From positions 35,180 to 99,179 of the forward strand of contig NZ_JAYGHW010000066.1 in NCBI RefSeq assembly GCF_034932185.1: a stretch of 64,000 nucleotides of DNA, in the 5' to 3' direction. A program made the translations under genes and the position numbers. How positions within the stretch are numbered: position 1 is the first letter of the stretch; each line of letters starts with the position of its first letter. Positions 37,845 to 47,300 of this stretch are shown piece after piece. The DNA comes from Spirulina sp. CCNP1310. Lineage in GTDB: Bacteria; Cyanobacteriota; Cyanobacteriia; Cyanobacteriales; Spirulinaceae. A model generated the notes under the pieces. That model was not told the origin of the DNA. It did not search any database and was given only the letters and a program-made list of their open reading frames with translations.

Positions 37845-39590
37845 GTGTCTGCTCTGTCTCAAACCTCCCTCTCCTATTCCCCCAACCCCTCCACCGAGGA
37901 AATGCCCACCGCCATGGAAATCGGCAAGGCACGTTATCAGTGGAACCGTGACCACTATTCCCCCCTCCGGCGGCGCACTGATATCTGGCGATTTGTCTTC
38001 ACCTTCGTGGCTGAACTGTGGTGGGATGCGAAAAAGTGGAGCTATCCCGGTGGCTATAGCGAGGAAAAACGGCGCAAACGCCGCCAAAAACAAGCCGTCT
38101 GGGTGCGGGAAAACATTCTCGAACTCGGGCCCACATTTATTAAAGTGGGGCAACTGTTTTCCACCCGTGGGGATCTGTTCCCGGTGGAATATGTGGCGGA
38201 ATTGACCAAGCTTCAAGACCGGGTTCCTGCTTTTTCCTTCGATCGCGTCAAGGAAATTATTGAAAGCGATACGGGCAAATCGTTGACGGAACTGTTTGCC
38301 AGCTTCGATCCCACGCCCCTAGCCGCTGCGAGTTTGGGGCAAGTCCATCGCGCCCAACTCCACAATGGCGAGGATGTGGTGGTGAAGGTACAGCGACCGG
38401 GGTTAAAACAACTGTTCACCATTGATCTGGCCATCCTGCGGCGGATTACCCAATATTTCCAAAATCATCCCCGTTGGGGTCGGGGCCGGGATTGGTTGGG
38501 GATTTATGAGGAATGTTGCCGGATTCTTTGGGAAGAAACGGATTATTTACTCGAAGGGCAGAATGCTGATACATTCCGGCGGCATTTTCGTGATTTTGAT
38601 TGGGTGCGCGTCCCCAAAGTGTATTGGCGTTACACGTCCCCTAGGGTGCTGACGCTGGAATATGTGCCGGGGATTAAGATTAGCCATTATGAGGCGTTGG
38701 AGGCCGCCGGTTTGGATCGCAAACGCCTGGCCCGTCAGGGGGCGGAGGCTTATCTAGAGCAGTTGCTCAATAATGGTTTTTTCCATGCTGATCCCCATCC
38801 GGGCAATATTGCCGTTGCTCCCGATGGGGCGATGATTTTCTATGATTTTGGGATGATGGGGCGGATTACCGCCAATGTGCGATCGGGGTTGATGGAAACG
38901 CTCTTTGGCATTGCTGAGAAAAATGGCGATCGCGTCATCAATTCTTTAATCAATCTGGGGGCATTACAACCCACAGGGGATATGGGGCCGGTGCGCCGTT
39001 CGGTGCAGTATATGCTCGATAACTTCATGGATAAGCCCTTTGAGGAGCAGTCCGTGACGGCCATTAGTGATGACCTCTATGAAATCGCCTACGATCAACC
39101 CTTTCGCTTTCCTGCGACGTTCACCTTCGTGATGCGGGCTTTTTCCACCCTCGAAGGGGTGGGCAAGGGCCTGGATCCTGAATTTAGCTTTATGGAAGTG
39201 GCTCAACCCTTTGCAATGGATCTGATGACGAATAATTCTAGTAATGGCAATAGCATCCTTGATGAGTTGGGGCGGCAGGCGGCCCAAGTGAGTAGCACTG
39301 CTCTGGGGTTGCCCCGCCGCATTGAGGATACGATTGAGAAGCTTGATCGCGGTGATATTCGCGTGCGGGTGCGATCGAGCGAATCCGATCGCATTCTCCG
39401 CCGTTTGGGCATGGTGCAGATGCTGACCAATTACTCGATTTTGTTGGTGGGTTTTTTGGTTTGCGGTACGATTTTGATTGTCAATAGCAAAGTGACGCTG
39501 GCGATCTTGGCGGCGATCGCCGCCGGAGCCATGGCCATCATCCTCCTGCGCCTGATGCGGCAAATCAATCGTTACGATCGCTTACCATAA
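37845..39590 (+). CDS. ABC1/UbiB/AarF-family atypical protein kinase.
   Basis: ABC1 signature region (FIKVGQLFSTRGDLFPVEYVAELTKLQDRVPAF...AAASLGQVHRA...VVKVQRPG...HADPHPGNI...DFG) and a C-terminal TM helix. Confidence 0.88.
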   Translation: MSALSQTSLSYSPNPSTEEMPTAMEIGKARYQWNRDHYSPLRRRTDIWRFVFTFVAELWWDAKKWSYPGGYSEEKRRKRRQKQAVWVRENILELGPTFIKVGQLFSTRGDLFPVEYVAELTKLQDRVPAFSFDRVKEIIESDTGKSLTELFASFDPTPLAAASLGQVHRAQLHNGEDVVVKVQRPGLKQLFTIDLAILRRITQYFQNHPRWGRGRDWLGIYEECCRILWEETDYLLEGQNADTFRRHFRDFDWVRVPKVYWRYTSPRVLTLEYVPGIKISHYEALEAAGLDRKRLARQGAEAYLEQLLNNGFFHADPHPGNIAVAPDGAMIFYDFGMMGRITANVRSGLMETLFGIAEKNGDRVINSLINLGALQPTGDMGPVRRSVQYMLDNFMDKPFEEQSVTAISDDLYEIAYDQPFRFPATFTFVMRAFSTLEGVGKGLDPEFSFMEVAQPFAMDLMTNNSSNGNSILDELGRQAAQVSSTALGLPRRIEDTIEKLDRGDIRVRVRSSESDRILRRLGMVQMLTNYSILLVGFLVCGTILIVNSKVTLAILAAIAAGAMAIILLRLMRQINRYDRLP

Positions 39591-39664
39591 CGTGCCGCTA
39601 TCCGCTAATCAGACTAAAATCACAGAGAGCCAAATATTCATTACTTAGCAGCAACACAGGAGAT

Positions 39665-40387
39665 ATGGCACGTCGTTTTAAAGGCATTACAGATACCGGC
39701 ATTCTCCGCTCGGTGAATCAAGATGATTTTTACATCGATCCCGATGGCCGGTTTTGTATTGTGGCCGATGGAATGGGGGGCCATGCCGGGGGTCAAGAGG
39801 CCAGCCGCATTGCCACCACAACGATTAGAACGTATCTCGATGAAAATTGGGATGCGGAAATCGGCTCCGATGAACTCCTCCAAAAAGCCATCTGGGAAGC
39901 CAATCAAGACATTCTTGATGACCAAGATGCCCACCCGGAGCGGGCGGATATGGGTACAACGGTGGTGGTCTTGCTCTTTCGGGATGAAGAACCTTGGTGC
40001 GGTCACATTGGCGATTCCCGCTTTTATCGGCTCCGGGGCGAAATCTTAGAGCAGATCACCGAAGATCAAACTTGGGTGGCGCGGGCGATGAAAATGGGAG
40101 ATCTGTCCCCAGAAGATGCCCGCAATCACCCTTGGCGACACGTGCTTTCTCAATGTTTAGGGCGACGGGATCTGCAACGCCTCGATATTCAAAAGGTGGA
40201 TATTCAATCAGGCGATCGCTGTCTCCTGTGTAGTGATGGCCTCACGGAAGAAGTGGATAATGAGGAAATTTTTCAACACCTGCTCGCGGAGGCCGATGGG
40301 GAAGTGGCGATCCAAACCTTAGTAGAAGTGGCAAAAAACAATGGTGGCTCAGACAATATCACCATTGTGCTCGTCGATGAAGATTAG
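39665..40387 (+). CDS. PP2C-family serine/threonine phosphatase.
   Basis: DGMGGH...D...GTT...DSR...SDGL...GG.DN.T pattern (IVADGMGGHAGGQEAS; CSDGLTEEV; GGSDNITIV). Confidence 0.88.
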   Translation: MARRFKGITDTGILRSVNQDDFYIDPDGRFCIVADGMGGHAGGQEASRIATTTIRTYLDENWDAEIGSDELLQKAIWEANQDILDDQDAHPERADMGTTVVVLLFRDEEPWCGHIGDSRFYRLRGEILEQITEDQTWVARAMKMGDLSPEDARNHPWRHVLSQCLGRRDLQRLDIQKVDIQSGDRCLLCSDGLTEEVDNEEIFQHLLAEADGEVAIQTLVEVAKNNGGSDNITIVLVDED

Positions 40388-40438
40388 GGGCCATTGGGCC
40401 CGATCTTCAGAAAATTTTTGATTGCATCTCGCTTTAGC

Positions 40439-40490
40439 CTGCATCCCCTGCCCATTTTCTTGAGGAATGGGGAGGGGATGCAGTTTTTTC
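40439..40490 (+). terminator. Rho-independent terminator of the PP2C gene.
   Basis: CTGCATCCCCTGCCC-N15-GGGGAGGGGATGCAG is a 15-bp stem with one mismatch, followed by TTTTTTC. Confidence 0.65.
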
Positions 40491-40625
40491 AAGGGGTTAT
40501 GCAGGCTCACGGAAGGGATCAGCCGTGATTTTGATCACAGCATTGTTCCTCTATTACCCCTACTTTGTGCTCATCAGCCCTAACCTTCGGGAATAACAGG
40601 AGATGAAATCCGGCTGTATGTTGAT

Positions 40626-40658
40626 CTGCGTAGGGGCGGAAAATTTTGCGCCACTACA
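40626..40658. repeat. Dispersed palindromic repeat, copy g (TGCGTAGGGGCGGAAAATTTTGCGCCACTACA, diverged).
   Basis: It shares the TTGATCTGC left flank with copy d. Confidence 0.7.
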
Positions 40659-41034
40659 TCACTGAAAGGCTACACCATCTGAATGATCCTAATGCCATAT
40701 TATTCCCTGATTGCATTAAAATACGACGTATCGTAGAATTAACCTTTTCATTAATCGGGCAGCATCAGGATGCATACTGAGTAAAGGGAACAACTGGTTC
40801 AGCACAACCCTGAAACAGGAGCAAGACACTGACTGTCTCAACAGTACGCTCTCCCCCCCAACTGAGTTATTTACGGGGTGCTCAACAATGCCTGTGGAGA
40901 TGGTCTCGCCAAAGCTATGGCTGAAGTCCAGCGAAATAGCTTGACAGCAGGACATCCTTGAGGCAGCCGAAGCAATGGATCTTCACGCATCCGATCATTT
41001 TTGATGAACGTGGAGAGGATGTCAAAGGAGCAAC

Positions 41035-42201
41035 ATGGTCAATATTCCTTCTATTCTCGTTGTTGATGATGAACCCAATAACTTTGACGTTATTGAAACC
41101 TTCCTAACTGAACAGAATTATCAATTACATTATGCCGCTAGCGGGGCAGGGGCGATCGCCACCCTGGAAACCTTTAACCCCGACCTCATCCTCCTCGATG
41201 TGATGATGCCCGGCATCGATGGCATTGAAGTTTGTCGGCAGATTCGTGCCATGGCCCAGTGGCAGGCCGTCCCCATCATCATGGTGACAGCCCTCACCGC
41301 CAAATCCGATTTAGCCGCCTGTTTAACCGCCGGGGCCGACGATTTTATTAGCAAACCCGTCAACGCCTTAGAACTGCGGGCCCGCATTCATTCCATGTTA
41401 CGAATTAAACAGCAGTATGACAATATTCAAAACCTTGCCAATGTCCAAAACAATACCATTCACCTTCTCGAAAGTAGTTTAAGTGAACTCCGGGGCAATT
41501 TAGCCTCTAGCCTCTCCCATGAGCTAAATACGCCCCTCAACGGCATGTTAGGCATGATTGGCTTAATCAAAGAAGATTTAGCCACCATGCCCATTGAAGA
41601 ATTGCAGGAATTGATCGGTTATGCGGAAGAGTCAGCCCTGCGCTTAGAAAAACTGACCAAAAAGTTTTTGATCTATCTGGAATTGGAATTGATGGCCCAT
41701 CGTCAAGAGCCAACCTATCCCTACAGCTTAGAAGCAGAGCAGACGGATTTTTGTGCTGACAGGATCGAAGCCTTTTTAACCACCATTGCCAGCAAAGCCA
41801 ATCGTCAAGAAGATCTCATCCTGCAACTCACCGATGCAGAACTGGCCATGAGTGAACGCTATCTCATGACAATCCTTCATGAACTTATTGACAATGCCAT
41901 TAAATTTTCTCAACCCGGCACAGCGATCAAAGTCCAGGGCAAGATCCAGGAGGATCGCTTTGTTTTTTTAGTTCACGACTTTGGTCGGGGCATGACGGAG
42001 GAGCAATTGCATAAAGTGGGGGCTTTCATGCAGTTTGAGCGTAAATTTTATGAGCAGCAGGGGGTAGGCTTAGGGTTGAAAATTGTCAATAAAATTATTG
42101 AAAAAGTGGGAGGAGCGTTAAAAATCACCAGTGTTTATAATCAGGAAACACAGGTGGAAGTGATCTTGCCGCTATGGGTGGAGCCTCATGAATCAAGGTA
42201 A
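41035..42201 (+). CDS. Response-regulator receiver fused to a histidine kinase (REC-HisKA-HATPase).
   Basis: REC (LVVDDEPNNF...LLDVMMPGIDG...ADDFISKP), H-box SLSHELNTPLNGMLG, N/G boxes (LHELIDNAIKF; GVGLGLKIV). Confidence 0.88.
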   Translation: MVNIPSILVVDDEPNNFDVIETFLTEQNYQLHYAASGAGAIATLETFNPDLILLDVMMPGIDGIEVCRQIRAMAQWQAVPIIMVTALTAKSDLAACLTAGADDFISKPVNALELRARIHSMLRIKQQYDNIQNLANVQNNTIHLLESSLSELRGNLASSLSHELNTPLNGMLGMIGLIKEDLATMPIEELQELIGYAEESALRLEKLTKKFLIYLELELMAHRQEPTYPYSLEAEQTDFCADRIEAFLTTIASKANRQEDLILQLTDAELAMSERYLMTILHELIDNAIKFSQPGTAIKVQGKIQEDRFVFLVHDFGRGMTEEQLHKVGAFMQFERKFYEQQGVGLGLKIVNKIIEKVGGALKITSVYNQETQVEVILPLWVEPHESR

Positions 42202-42348
42202 ACATTGAAAATTGTTCGATGGGATTCAAAACCCAAGCCCATTATCATCAATCATGATCAGGGTGATCTCCATCTCGATTAGCAATAATCAGATCTTGGA
42301 GGATAGTTGATTGAGTTAAAAATTCGGTTCAGTTAAGGATTTGAGGTT

Positions 42349-44088
42349 ATGTTTTCAATTCTAGTTGTTGATGATGAGCCAAATAACTTTGATGTTATTG
42401 AAACATTTTTAGCTAATGAAAAATATCAGCTTCATTATGCTTCCAATGGCCAAGATGCTTTGCAATCTTTAGATATCTTTAAGCCGGATTTAATTGTGCT
42501 GGATGTGATGATGCCGGGGTTGGATGGCATCGAATGTTGTCGGCGGTTAAAGGCAATGGAGCGGTGGCAATCGGTGCCAATTATTGTCGTAACAGCGCTG
42601 ACGACCAAAGCGGATTTAGTGGAATGTATTAGTGCTGGGGCTGATGATTTTATCAGTAAGCCGGTGAATCGGATGGAACTGACGGCAAGGGTTCGCTCTA
42701 TGCTCCGCATTCGCCAGCAATATCAACAACTTGAGGAGTTTAATAACCGCTTAGAGGCGATTGTGCAGCAGCGCACGACACAACTGCGGCAGATGATTTT
42801 TCAAGATGCCCTGACGGCATTGCCCAGTCGAGCGGGATTGCTGCAAATGTTTGAGCAACGGCAGGAAATTAAGCCATTGCCCTGGGGATTGATCACGCTG
42901 GATTGTGATCAGTTTAAGTTAGTGAATGGCTCCTTTGGGCATCAGGTGGGGGATCAGTTGTTGCGGGCGATCGCCCAACGTCTCAATCGTCAACTTTCCC
43001 CAGGGCAATTACTGGGGCGCACCGGGGGGGATGAGTTTTCGATCCTAATTGAAAATGTGGATCGCGATGAGCAACTAGAGGTTTTAGTAGCGCGGATGTT
43101 AGCCTGCTTCACTGCGCCTTTTTGGGTGGAAAGCTGTGAAATTTTTATCACCGTTAGCATTGGTTTGGCGAAAACAACCCGCCTCAATCAGGATGGAGAG
43201 CAGCTTTTTCAAGATGCTGATACCGCCATGTATCAGGCCAAGTTGCGGGGCAAAAGCAGCTATCAAATTTTTGACCCGCAAATGCATGTAGCTATGTTGC
43301 AAAGATTGACCCTAGAAAATGATTTGCAACTGGCCTTTAAGCAATCGGATTTTACGGTTTACTATCAGCCGATTCTCGATTTAAGCAGTGAAAAACTGGC
43401 GGGGTTTGAGGCCTTAATTCGCTGGCGACACCCTAGCCGAGGCTTGGTCTCTCCGGCGGAATTTATCCCCTCGATGGAGATGACGGGGTTAATTGTCTCC
43501 GTGGGGCTGTGGGTGTTGCGCCAAGCCTGCGAGCAGTTGCAACAGTGGCATCGTCGCGGCTGGCCAGAATTGACAATGAGTGTCAATCTTTCGGTGCGCC
43601 AATTTGCTTCCCCCACATTGCTCGCTGATGTGGAGCAAATTTTGGCGGAGACCGGGGTGAATCCGGCTGTTTTAAAGCTGGAAATCACGGAAAGCGCGAT
43701 TATGGACAATGCGGAAATGGCGATCGCCCTCACCCAGTCCCTGCGATCGCGGGGTTTACAAATAAGTATTGATGATTTTGGCACAGGCTATTCATCCCTG
43801 GGGTATTTACACCGTTTTCCCGTGGATGCCCTAAAAATTGACCGCTCCTTCATTAATGCGATTAATCCCACCAGTGGCGTGACGAACCCTCCCCATCAAG
43901 TAGTGGAAACAATTATCACCCTGGCTCAACAGTTGGGGCTAGCGGTGATTGCCGAGGGCATTGAAACTCAGGCCCAGTTAGCTTGGCTCCAGCATCTCGA
44001 TTGTGAGTTTGGCCAAGGCTATCTCTTTGCAAAACCCCTGAGTGCGGCAGAAATTGAGGATCAATTCCTAAACCCTAGGCTAAAATAG
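42349..44088 (+). CDS. Response-regulator receiver fused to GGDEF (diguanylate cyclase) and EAL (phosphodiesterase) domains.
   Basis: REC nearly identical in pattern to the upstream gene, GGDEF motif (RTGGDEFSIL), EAL motifs (EALIRW...DDFGTGYSSL...LKIDRSF...IAEGIET). Confidence 0.9.
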   Translation: MFSILVVDDEPNNFDVIETFLANEKYQLHYASNGQDALQSLDIFKPDLIVLDVMMPGLDGIECCRRLKAMERWQSVPIIVVTALTTKADLVECISAGADDFISKPVNRMELTARVRSMLRIRQQYQQLEEFNNRLEAIVQQRTTQLRQMIFQDALTALPSRAGLLQMFEQRQEIKPLPWGLITLDCDQFKLVNGSFGHQVGDQLLRAIAQRLNRQLSPGQLLGRTGGDEFSILIENVDRDEQLEVLVARMLACFTAPFWVESCEIFITVSIGLAKTTRLNQDGEQLFQDADTAMYQAKLRGKSSYQIFDPQMHVAMLQRLTLENDLQLAFKQSDFTVYYQPILDLSSEKLAGFEALIRWRHPSRGLVSPAEFIPSMEMTGLIVSVGLWVLRQACEQLQQWHRRGWPELTMSVNLSVRQFASPTLLADVEQILAETGVNPAVLKLEITESAIMDNAEMAIALTQSLRSRGLQISIDDFGTGYSSLGYLHRFPVDALKIDRSFINAINPTSGVTNPPHQVVETIITLAQQLGLAVIAEGIETQAQLAWLQHLDCEFGQGYLFAKPLSAAEIEDQFLNPRLK

Positions 44089-44327
44089 TGAAGATAAGCT
44101 GTGAGATTTGAGGTGATGATCATCACGGGCAAATTTCAAGAGGAGGAATTACAGAGAACCTCAGTTCAATAATGGCTAGGATTGTCAGTAATTAAACCCA
44201 GCGTAAGCTAACAACTGAAGCCATGACTACGAGCATTAGTCGTGATAACTTTAGTCCTCGCCTTGTTTATCTTTTGGGATTCTAGACCACAATTTCTGAG
44301 GCTTGGCAGCTTGATCTTAACTCCCCG

Positions 44328-47300
44328 TTGTTGTTGCCTATGGATGGCGGTACTCCTGTGAATTTTCCCAATCTTGATCTTAGTTTACTGGAACTAAAAG
44401 GCGCGATTCTGCCCCATCCCCTGATGGTGACGGCAGAAACTTCTGTACGGGAGGCGATCGCCCTGATGGGGGCCGTGCATACCCAATGCCAGAGCGATCG
44501 CCAGTCCGAGAATAGTCTCTCCCTCGAAGCCCGGGCTAGTTGTGTGGTGATTGTGGTGGAGGAAGATCGGGTCTGTGGCATCCTCACGGAGCGGGATGTG
44601 GTGCGCCTCAGCGCCCAGCAATATCCCTTAGATCGTTTGGCGGTGGGGGAGGTGATGGTGCAGCCGGTGATCACCTGCTGTGAATCGGAAATTACCGATT
44701 TGTTTAGCACGATCGCCCTCCTCAAGCGTCATCAGATTCGCCATTTACCGATTGTTGATCGGGATAATCGCCTGATCGGGATCGTGACCCATGAAAGCCT
44801 CCGGCAACAGACGCGCCCCATTGATCTGTTGCGGTTGCGTTCTGTGGAGGAGGTGATGAGCGATCGCGTCCTGACGGCGGGGCCGGAGCAATCAATGCTG
44901 GAGATTGCCCGCTTGATGGCGGAGCGGCGGGTGAGTTCTGTGGTGATTACGCTACCGGGTGGCCGTGCCGATGCCCCTTTTGAGCGGGCCATCGGACTGT
45001 TAACCGAGCGAGATCTCGTCCAGTTTCAGGCCTTGGGCCTGAGCTTGACCGCCACCCCAGCGAGAACCGTCATGAGTAGCCCGGTGTTTACGATTTCTCC
45101 CCAGGAATCCCTCTGGACGGTGCAGCAAATCATGGAAAAACACCGGATTCGCCGCATGATTGTGGCGGGAGAGCAGGGGGAGTTGTTGGGGATTGTCACC
45201 CAAACCAGTATGTTAAAAGCCTTTAACCCCTTGGAACTTTACCATTTGGCGGAAGTGCTGGAGCAAAAGGTGACACGCCTAGAGGCAGAACGCATTTCCC
45301 TTTTGGAAATCCGAGCCGCCGAGCTAGAGCAGCAGGTGGCGGAACGGACAGCGGTGATGCAGGTGCAGGCGGAGCGCGATCGCCTCATGGCCCGGTTAGC
45401 GGCGCAAATTTTGGCCTCCCTGGATGTCCAGGTGATTTTAGACACCACCGTCCAGCAAGTCTGGCAAATCCTGGGGTGCGATCGCGTCAATATCTGGCGG
45501 TTGGATCCCGATGGCACCGCCTGGATCGTGGCGGAATCCACCCATTCTGAACATTCCCTGATCGGCGAGCAGATTACTGATAGTTGTGTTCAAGAAATCC
45601 AGGTCGATGTGGATCGCCAGGGGGCGGTGCGGGTTGTTCCTGATATCTACAGCACCCAAATGTCCGATGAGCATCGCGAGATGTTGATCCGGATTCACAC
45701 CCGCGCCAAAATTTTAGTCCCCTTATTCTGTGAGGGAGAGCCTTGGGGCCTGTTGAATGTCACTGAAAGCCAACCCCGCAATTGGCAAACCAGCGAAATT
45801 GAACTGATGCGATCGCTCTCCATCCAGTTGGGCATTGCCCTCCAACAGGCCACCCATCACCAACAACTGCAAGCAGAAATTCGCGATCGCCACCGGGCCC
45901 AACAGGAACTCGCCCAACTCAATGCCGAACTCGAAGCCCGCTATCGCGCCCTCATGGAAGGGGCCAGCGATGCCATTCTCCTGGCCACCCCCGCCGGCCA
46001 GATCATCGAAGCCAACACCGCCGCCGAAGAACTATTCGGCTACTCCCGCCAAGCCCTCACCCAACTCCACTACGCCCAACTCTATCCCCCCGAAGAGTTG
46101 GAGCGGATGACTAAAGCCTTTGAAAAACTGATCACCAAAGAGCAGCACCGCACCCTCCTCAATGCCCACATTCTCCACGCCGATGGTCATCAAATCCCCG
46201 TCGATCTCTCCGGAACGATCATTACCGTCGGGGATACCACCGTGGTACAAGGCATCTTCCGGGATATCACCGCCCGCCAAGCAGCGGAAGCAGAATTAGC
46301 CAAACTCTCCCAACGGTTAAGCATTGCCCTCTCCTCTGGCTCCATTGGCTGTTGGGATTGGGATATTGCCCAAAATCGGATTACCTGGGATGAGCGAATG
46401 TACTGCCTCTATGGCGTTGAATATCAGGGGCAAGCCATGGTTCCCTATGACGTTTGGGCCAATGGTGTTCACCCGGAGGATCGCCCCCAAATCGAAACCC
46501 TCCTTCAGCAAACCGTGGCCAGAGAAGCCGAATACGACTGCGAATTTCGCGTCATCCATCCCGATGGTAGCCTCCACTATATTCGCGCCTATGGGATGCT
46601 CGTACAGGATGCAGCGGGGAATCCCCAAAGCATCATTGGCGTGAATTTGGATGTGACCCGTATGCACCAAGCCCAACTGGAATTAAAAGAGAGCGAAACC
46701 CGTTTTCGGCGTGTTTTTGCATCGGATGTCGTGGGGATGATGTTCACTAATTTTTCCGGTGAAGTCACCGATGCGAATGATCGCTTTTTAGAGATGTTGG
46801 GCTATAGCCGTGAAGAGATGGAATCGGGGCAATTAAACTGGGCAAACTTGACCCCCCCAGAATATCAACAACAGGATATTGAAGCCATCTATCATCTGAT
46901 GACCTATCATTCCATTCAACCTTTTGAAAAGATTTATATCCATAAAGATGGGCATCCTGTGCCAGTATTGTTGGGGGTTGCCATGCTTTCCGATGAGGAG
47001 GAAACCTGTGTTTGTGTTGTGGTCGATATCAGTGATCACAAACGCTATGAAAATGCACTGCAAGAAAGTCAACTGCGTTTAGAACTGGCGTTGGAATCCT
47101 CCAATACTGGCCTCTGGGATTGGAATATGGAGAACAATGCCCTGTGGTTTAATAAACAGTGGAAAGGGATGTTGGGCTATGGCGAGCATGAACTAGCCAA
47201 CCACTTCACCGAGTGGGAAAGCCGCATTCACCCCGATGACTTAGCCCATACCTACCAAGATGTGGAGCAGCATATCCAAGGGCAAACCGAAGTTTATCGC

